In this document: positions 60,039-64,000 of the stretch, in pieces
Layout: each line of letters begins with the position of its first letter
Numbering within the stretch: the stretch's first letter is position 1
IMG/VR virus record: IMGVR_UViG_3300021425_003554
From: a virus
Lineage: Duplodnaviria; Caudoviricetes
Direction: 5' to 3' (one strand)
Length of the DNA: 64,000 bases
The notes under the pieces: generated by a model
The model's database searches: none
What the model saw: the letters and a program-made list of their open reading frames with translations, nothing else
Told to the model about the DNA's origin: nothing
Translations under genes and position numbers: made by a program

Positions 60039-60509
60039 TTACGCAGTTAAGTCACCTAGTTTGCTAACTTTTTTGTTAGAAACTACGTTTCTGAAACCAC
60101 CTGAGTAAGTAAATGCCATACCTCTAACGTTAGATTTTTCAGTGATTTTATTTAATAATTCTTCACCTACTTCACCTTCTAACACTCTAGTTGCATGATC
60201 ATGATCTGCAAATATGAAAGGCATTTCTAATGCTAACATATCTTGTTCATAATGCTCTGCTAACCATGTAGTGTACATTTGAGACATTTCAATTTTACCT
60301 TGTTCCATCAAGTCTAATAAGTCGTGTTTAGTAACTAATACACCGTTGTTGTATTTGTCACTGTACTCTCTTAATGTCATGATTTCAACTTCGATTTTTT
60401 CTGCAGTCTGAGCTCTGTTCACGAAATCTTGGAAATCTTTAGCCGCTCTTACGAATAAAGATAAAGGCTCGTGTGCAATAACCCATCTGATTTTAGTTGT
60501 TTTTGTCAT
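60039..60509 (-). CDS. dctP: TRAP solute-binding protein-like, N-terminal half, no signal peptide
   Basis: LEMPFIFADHDHA..VLEGEVG, SGGFR; SD aaggaag; ends in TAA TAA in frame with the C-half ATG. Confidence 0.8.
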   Translation of the reverse strand: MTKTTKIRWVIAHEPLSLFVRAAKDFQDFVNRAQTAEKIEVEIMTLREYSDKYNNGVLVTKHDLLDLMEQGKIEMSQMYTTWLAEHYEQDMLALEMPFIFADHDHATRVLEGEVGEELLNKITEKSNVRGMAFTYSGGFRNVVSNKKVSKLGDLTA

Positions 60510-60637
60510 TGTGTTTCTTCCTTTTTATTTAACGTTAAATCAAGGCTGTGTTTACATTCTTGACTTACTGATATTTACCAATTAAATCAATGATAATATG
60601 TGTTTTCTGGCTAGTTTTAAATAATATACGCATATAA

Positions 60638-61903
60638 CTATCCTTTGTACTCGCTCAGCATTTTATCATAAAAATTATCAACATCATGATTTGGTTGCCA
60701 ATATTGATCAAATAAGAGGTCCGGTTGTGTTATTTTTAATGCCGGTTGTTGTCCAGCAATCTTATTTTTATACTTGTAATACTCGGTCATCTTAGAATAG
60801 TCGAAAATATATTTTTTAACCAAAGATTTGTGTTTGGTCATGTCTGCTGTTGGAATAAGTGACTTTAAATTAGTATAGGACCACTGCTGGAACTTGTCTG
60901 TGTTGAAAAAAGTATTTTTAGAGAAAAATTTTTGTTTTTCAAAAGATATATGTTCTCCGCTGTTATTGTATAAAAACGGTCGTTGGCAACTGAACTCCCA
61001 TTTGAAATTGAAATATGTCCACCAATACCAATCTGCTATACTAGTGAGATAATCATTGTGTTTGTTTTCAATAATATTATTCGAGAGTTTTTCACAAAAC
61101 CAATCAACGCAGTTTTTTGAAAACTCCGAGATATGCTTGTCAGAAAGATAGTTTTCTGGCAAACTTATTTTATAAAAATTGGTTTTGTTTTCTAGAATTT
61201 GTATCAATGGTTTTTTTATTAGATCCATATTTTTTTGCCAGGATTCGTGGTGAACTCCTTGACGTATAGCCATTTTCATTCTGCTTATGCTGGGACCAAA
61301 CAAGCAGTCGGCTGGGTCTCCGTGTAATAGAATGTACTGATCTAGAAACTCGTTTGTGACTAAAAAGAAAACAGAACTTCGAATTGCTAGTTTTCTGTAA
61401 ATAAATTTCATAAAAAATTCTGGATGTTCAAAAATAGAATCGGTATTACAAATGACCTCTATCATGTCGTGTTCGTTGTTGGGTATGTTTTTCAACAACG
61501 AAACCAATACTGATGTGGAATCAATTCCACCACTCCACATCACTGCCAGTTTCTTGTTGGAGTTCTTGGCCTCGTTGTACAACTCCATGGCTCGTGAATC
61601 ATAAATGTCCTCTAATTTATCATCGATGAATTTCAATTCGGGCATGGCATACAGTGGATTGCTGGGTGCGTTCCATGGATTATTAAAAGTACCCGATCGG
61701 GCTCGCCAGTCTGAAATACCTTGCATTAATTTATAAATCTGACCCCAGTACATACCATAAGGATTTTCTGGATACACAGACCTACTCAAAGGAAGATCAT
61801 ATCCCATGCTTAAAAAATTTGATACTGTATTAGATTTTGCAAATTTGTCTTTGACAGATTTGGGTAATGGAGAATTTTGGAACTTAACGATCTGTAATTT
61901 CAT
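60638..61903 (-). CDS. Asparagine-synthetase-fold ATP pyrophosphatase, paralog A
   Basis: VMWSGGIDST PP-loop; HGDPADCLFGP resembles the SGEGADELFGG motif; no glutaminase domain. Confidence 0.7.
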   Translation of the reverse strand: MKLQIVKFQNSPLPKSVKDKFAKSNTVSNFLSMGYDLPLSRSVYPENPYGMYWGQIYKLMQGISDWRARSGTFNNPWNAPSNPLYAMPELKFIDDKLEDIYDSRAMELYNEAKNSNKKLAVMWSGGIDSTSVLVSLLKNIPNNEHDMIEVICNTDSIFEHPEFFMKFIYRKLAIRSSVFFLVTNEFLDQYILLHGDPADCLFGPSISRMKMAIRQGVHHESWQKNMDLIKKPLIQILENKTNFYKISLPENYLSDKHISEFSKNCVDWFCEKLSNNIIENKHNDYLTSIADWYWWTYFNFKWEFSCQRPFLYNNSGEHISFEKQKFFSKNTFFNTDKFQQWSYTNLKSLIPTADMTKHKSLVKKYIFDYSKMTEYYKYKNKIAGQQPALKITQPDLLFDQYWQPNHDVDNFYDKMLSEYKG

Positions 61904-63808
61904 TTAATTTCTTGCTCAAAAAAAATCTTATATGTTCTATCATGCTGTGCTCTTGGATTAAGTCTTTATATAGATTTGGATTTTTTTGAAAAGAACTCAA
62001 ATTGTCAAATCCGTCTTCTAATAAAAAATATCGATAACGCGGACTCGTTGTGTTTTTTGTTTTTGATGTTTTATCTATCATGTCGTTAATAAAGTCTAGA
62101 ACACAGTCGTTGTTTGATATGTCTATTTTATTAAAAGAGTCGATTAATGATTTTGTAACATATTTTTGGTATTCGTGTAAATCTGCACTATGTCTATCGT
62201 TTAAATTTAGCTCTTGTTCAAATATTTTTTTTAATTCCTCACTATGATCTGGTGTGTCCACTAATAGTTTTAAAAAATTAAAAAATTCTTTTATTCCATT
62301 ATCTTTATCTCTAGTTGAATCTATTTTAAAATTTTTTATTGAATCTAACTGTATTTGAACAATTTCAAAAATTTCTAATATTATTTCTAATACGTCTTTC
62401 AATTTATAGGAAATATCTATGTCAGTTGGTGAAATCATGATACCGGATTCTTTGGCATTATGCAGTGACACTGTTTGCTCTAGACTTTGAATCATGGTAG
62501 TGTTGGCACCATATTTTACACAATTGGTATTGTCTATGTTATCTAATATTATATCTCTATACTCAGTATTATATTTTTTTTGGTAATCTATTGTTTGGGT
62601 TATGTTTAATACCGGATAGAAATATTTTTGCATTATGACAAATTGTACTTGTTTAATAGCAGAAAAATTTGTTGACACCACAACAAATTTATTAGCGGCC
62701 GGGTCTATTAATCCATATAACTCGTTTGACATAATGTTAATTATTACCCTTTATAACGATCCAGAAGCAATCTGGAAGTTTTAGCGACCCTATGATCGTC
62801 TTCATTCCAGGCGTGTCCTACCCACTCGTCGTCATAATAAAAAGGATTTATCGTGCCGTCACTATTCACATTCACAGTTCTCAAAACATTTACCGGAGTT
62901 TTGGTTCCTACTTTTGTTTTTGTACTGAAGTAAATTTCATTGTGATCAAACTCGTACACATATTTTTTTAAATCTATTTTGTGTTGTGATACATCTTTAG
63001 GTATCAAATTTTTTAAATTGGTGTAGGACCATTGCTGGAACTTGTCTGTGTTGAAGAATGTGTTCTTGGCAAATTGCTCTTGATGTCCGTGTGGTATCGA
63101 TTTCTTGTGCATGGGTATTCTTTTGCTATCTTGCTGTAAAGATCTCATATAAAAGAATGGACGTTGGCAACTGAATTCCCACTTGAAGTTGAAGTATTGC
63201 CACCACCAGAAATCTGCAACAGTTGATACATAATCAGATTGTCCGGCCTGTTGTATTGTTTGATTTATCTTGTCATAGTACCATTGATTGAAATCAAAAC
63301 CTAATTGATATGTTGACAGCAAAGGGTGTTTGATGTTTATTTTATGTATGCTGTGTGGTTTTAAATGGATGCCCGATGACTCATAATTTTTAACAGTTTG
63401 ATTATTGCTCGACGGCATATTGGGACCAAACAAGCAGTCGGCTGGGTCTCCGTGTAATAGAATGTACTGATCTAGGAAATCAACATCTAGTTTTATGTCT
63501 ATGTAATTTTTTTGTTTTAACTTGTTACTGATGTGTTTAAAATAAAAATTAACATTCTCATATATCGAGGAAGTTGTCATGATGACCTCTATCATGTCGT
63601 GTTCGTTGTTGGGTATGTTTTTCAACAACGAAACCAATACCGCAGTGGAATCAATTCCACCACTCCACATCACTGCCAGTTTCTTGTTGGAGTTCTTGGC
63701 CTCGTTGTACAACTCCGTGGCTCTCTCGTCCAGCAAGTCACTCATTTTGTCGTTGATGAATTTCAATTCGGGCATGGCATACAGTGGATTGCTGGGTGCG
63801 TTCCATGG
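61291..63808. repeat. Identical DNA blocks shared by the two paralogs, offset 2130 nt
   Basis: 61291-61345=63421-63475; 61452-61510=63582-63640; 61515-61586=63645-63716; 61625-61678=63755-63808. Confidence 0.9.
61884..62732 (-). CDS. Hypothetical protein
   Basis: 282-aa AT-rich ORF between the two paralogs. Confidence 0.6.
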   Translation of the reverse strand: MSNELYGLIDPAANKFVVVSTNFSAIKQVQFVIMQKYFYPVLNITQTIDYQKKYNTEYRDIILDNIDNTNCVKYGANTTMIQSLEQTVSLHNAKESGIMISPTDIDISYKLKDVLEIILEIFEIVQIQLDSIKNFKIDSTRDKDNGIKEFFNFLKLLVDTPDHSEELKKIFEQELNLNDRHSADLHEYQKYVTKSLIDSFNKIDISNNDCVLDFINDMIDKTSKTKNTTSPRYRYFLLEDGFDNLSSFQKNPNLYKDLIQEHSMIEHIRFFLSKKLNEITDR

Positions 63809-64000
63809 CGTGCTGAACGTGCCTCTGCGAGGACGAGTGTCATGAATTCCTAGCAATATCCTCGGAATAAGAATCCAAGCAACGGCAAAATTGTTTTTTT
63901 TCATTTCATTTAGGTATTGTTGGACCTCCCAGTTATCGACCATTCGAGATGATTTAATTTTTTTCACATGATCAACTGGATATTTTTTGCTGTGATAGTT
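62744..64000 (-). CDS. Asparagine-synthetase-fold ATP pyrophosphatase, paralog B (start probably beyond the window)
   Basis: Same SGGIDS and HGDPADCLFGP motifs; frame stays open to the window edge upstream of GTG 63967. Confidence 0.7.
   Translation of the reverse strand, partial: NYHSKKYPVDHVKKIKSSRMVDNWEVQQYLNEMKKNNFAVAWILIPRILLGIHDTRPRRGTFSTPWNAPSNPLYAMPELKFINDKMSDLLDERATELYNEAKNSNKKLAVMWSGGIDSTAVLVSLLKNIPNNEHDMIEVIMTTSSIYENVNFYFKHISNKLKQKNYIDIKLDVDFLDQYILLHGDPADCLFGPNMPSSNNQTVKNYESSGIHLKPHSIHKINIKHPLLSTYQLGFDFNQWYYDKINQTIQQAGQSDYVSTVADFWWWQYFNFKWEFSCQRPFFYMRSLQQDSKRIPMHKKSIPHGHQEQFAKNTFFNTDKFQQWSYTNLKNLIPKDVSQHKIDLKKYVYEFDHNEIYFSTKTKVGTKTPVNVLRTVNVNSDGTINPFYYDDEWVGHAWNEDDHRVAKTSRLLLDRYKG

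Noticed and set aside
60036-60041. Stop-codon recoding or alternative genetic code at the dctP TAA-TAA
   Set aside because: TAA is the main terminator for dozens of genes here, all core genes are intact under code 11, and no suppressor tRNA is present.
61291-63808. Diversity-generating retroelement template/variable repeat pair
   Set aside because: Differences are not adenine-specific, the repeats are mid-gene catalytic motifs, and no reverse transcriptase is in the window.
557-63853. The many 60-140-aa antisense or nested ORFs in the track (e.g. 557-886, 10459-10881, 26134-26511, 63533-63853)
   Set aside because: They shadow well-supported genes on the other strand or frame and lack SD, promoter or motifs.
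60638-64000. QueC and 7-deazaguanine DNA modification
   Set aside because: The proteins are about twice QueC length and lack its C-terminal Zn-Cys cluster; they have an AsnB-type second motif; no folE, queD or dpdA is seen.

Overview
This window is 64 kb of a large, AT-rich, distantly T4-like contractile-tailed phage genome read with the standard genetic code. The host is probably a Gram-negative aquatic bacterium, possibly SAR11-like; this is inferred only from the porin, TRAP, FTR1 and ClpP genes and the low GC. Layout: (1) 1-22.3 kb, morphogenesis: tail-fibre-like proteins, neck gp13/14/15-like, dNMP kinase, sheath, tube, gp4-like nuclease, terminase. (2) 23.2-26.7 kb and 38.6-47.6 kb, replication and recombination: gp32, UvsX, UvsY, UvsW, primase, helicase, and a 199-aa miniature DnaE-like polymerase. 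(3) 26.7-38.1 kb, a radical SAM gene followed by a 12-gene glycosylation and sulfation island. (4) 47.7-64 kb, an accessory island: porin, B12 and SPASM radical SAMs, cupin, TauD, SGNH-like protein, 3 tRNAs, FTR1 iron permease with a Fur-like operator, AspH-like oxygenase, ClpP, BKACE, a signal-less TRAP-binding protein split by TAA-TAA, and two Asn-synthetase-fold paralogs with identical DNA patches. Patterns not explained by the ORF list: apparent total absence of GCWGC, strong depletion of AGCT, TAAATA late promoters 4-7 nt before ATG (leaderless translation), and several unannotated small ORFs. All counts were made by eye and should be recomputed.
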